A program made the translations under genes and the position numbers. From assembly GCF_009914755.1 (NCBI RefSeq), contig NC_060931.1: a stretch of DNA of 64,000 nucleotides; one strand, written 5' to 3'. The stretch's first letter is position 1; the number at the start of each line of letters is the position of its first letter. Positions 63,440 to 64,000 of this stretch are shown piece by piece. This DNA is from the human T2T-CHM13v2.0 reference genome, Homo sapiens. The notes below the pieces were generated by a model. The model made no database searches, was not told the origin of the DNA, and worked only from the letters and a program-made list of their open reading frames with translations.

Positions 63440-63975
63440 CATCTATTTGTCAGAATGCTTTCAGTGCAAGGAGCAGAAACTTAATTCAAATGATTTAAGC
63501 CAATAAAGGAAATTTCTTGAATCATGAAGCTAAGACTTTCAAGGGCTGGTTGGCTTTAGGCTTGCTTTAACCAAGGATTCAGACCGTATCAGCAAGATCG
63601 CTTCTTTTCTTCCTCCAACTCCTGCTTCTATTTGCATCTGCTTGTCTTTATAACTACATAGCCTGTCTCCCCACGATGGCAAAGTAGTAGCCCAGACTTA
63701 TACTCATAGCTGGAAATCTTAGGGAAAGGGAAATCTCTCTTCCAGAATCCACGGAAGGACTCTTGATGGGCTCTGTCTATTTCTGAGCCAATTCCTGTGG
63801 CCCAGAGGAATGCAGCATTCTGATTTGACAATTTCAAATCACCCACCTGCACCTGTGGTGAAAAGTTGCTCAGTGTAATCTGGATCTAGAAGAACATTTT
63901 CTAGAGAAAAGGAAGGTTTGGTTACCAAAAGAAGAGGGATAGATACTAGATAAACAAAAACGAGATAATCCCTAA
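63440..63975 (-). mobile_element. MaLR LTR (MLT1K/L-like)
   Basis: gtcagaatgctttcagtgcaaggagcagaaac...tgagccaattcctgtggcccagaggaatg...ttaccaaaagaagaggg. Confidence 0.7.
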
Positions 63976-64000
63976 GCCCAATAGCAGTTTGCTGAATGAA

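Overview
Primate (human-like) genomic DNA from inside EXOC4 (exocyst subunit Sec8), which is transcribed on the + strand. Only three coding exons are present: 34905-35046, 42324-42502 and 45088-45247. All have canonical AG/GT ends and compatible phases, and together they encode ...[12 protein letters not shown]...[10 protein letters not shown] near the Sec8 C-terminus (probably exons 15-17, numbering from memory). The rest is long-intron sequence. It contains a full-length but ORF-dead antisense L1PA7-like element with TSDs, other L1 fragments (one 5'-inverted), 11 Alus, solo LTRs, L2/MIR/L3 relics, DNA-transposon fossils and microsatellites. No prokaryotic-type system, CRISPR array or recognisable RNA gene is present, and nearly all ORF-track entries are repeat-derived or chance. 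The leads most worth testing are inferred regulatory or splicing architectures. (1) An L1 antisense ORF0-like frame has a phase-1 donor that would fuse in-frame to EXOC4. (2) A candidate recursive-splice/poison exon has its donors buried in a chain of overlapping hairpins. (3) A candidate in-frame alternative last exon has a hydrophobic segment and an AATAAA at its stop. These are hypotheses from sequence only. Repeat subfamily names are from recollected consensus sequences, and boundaries of old repeats are approximate.
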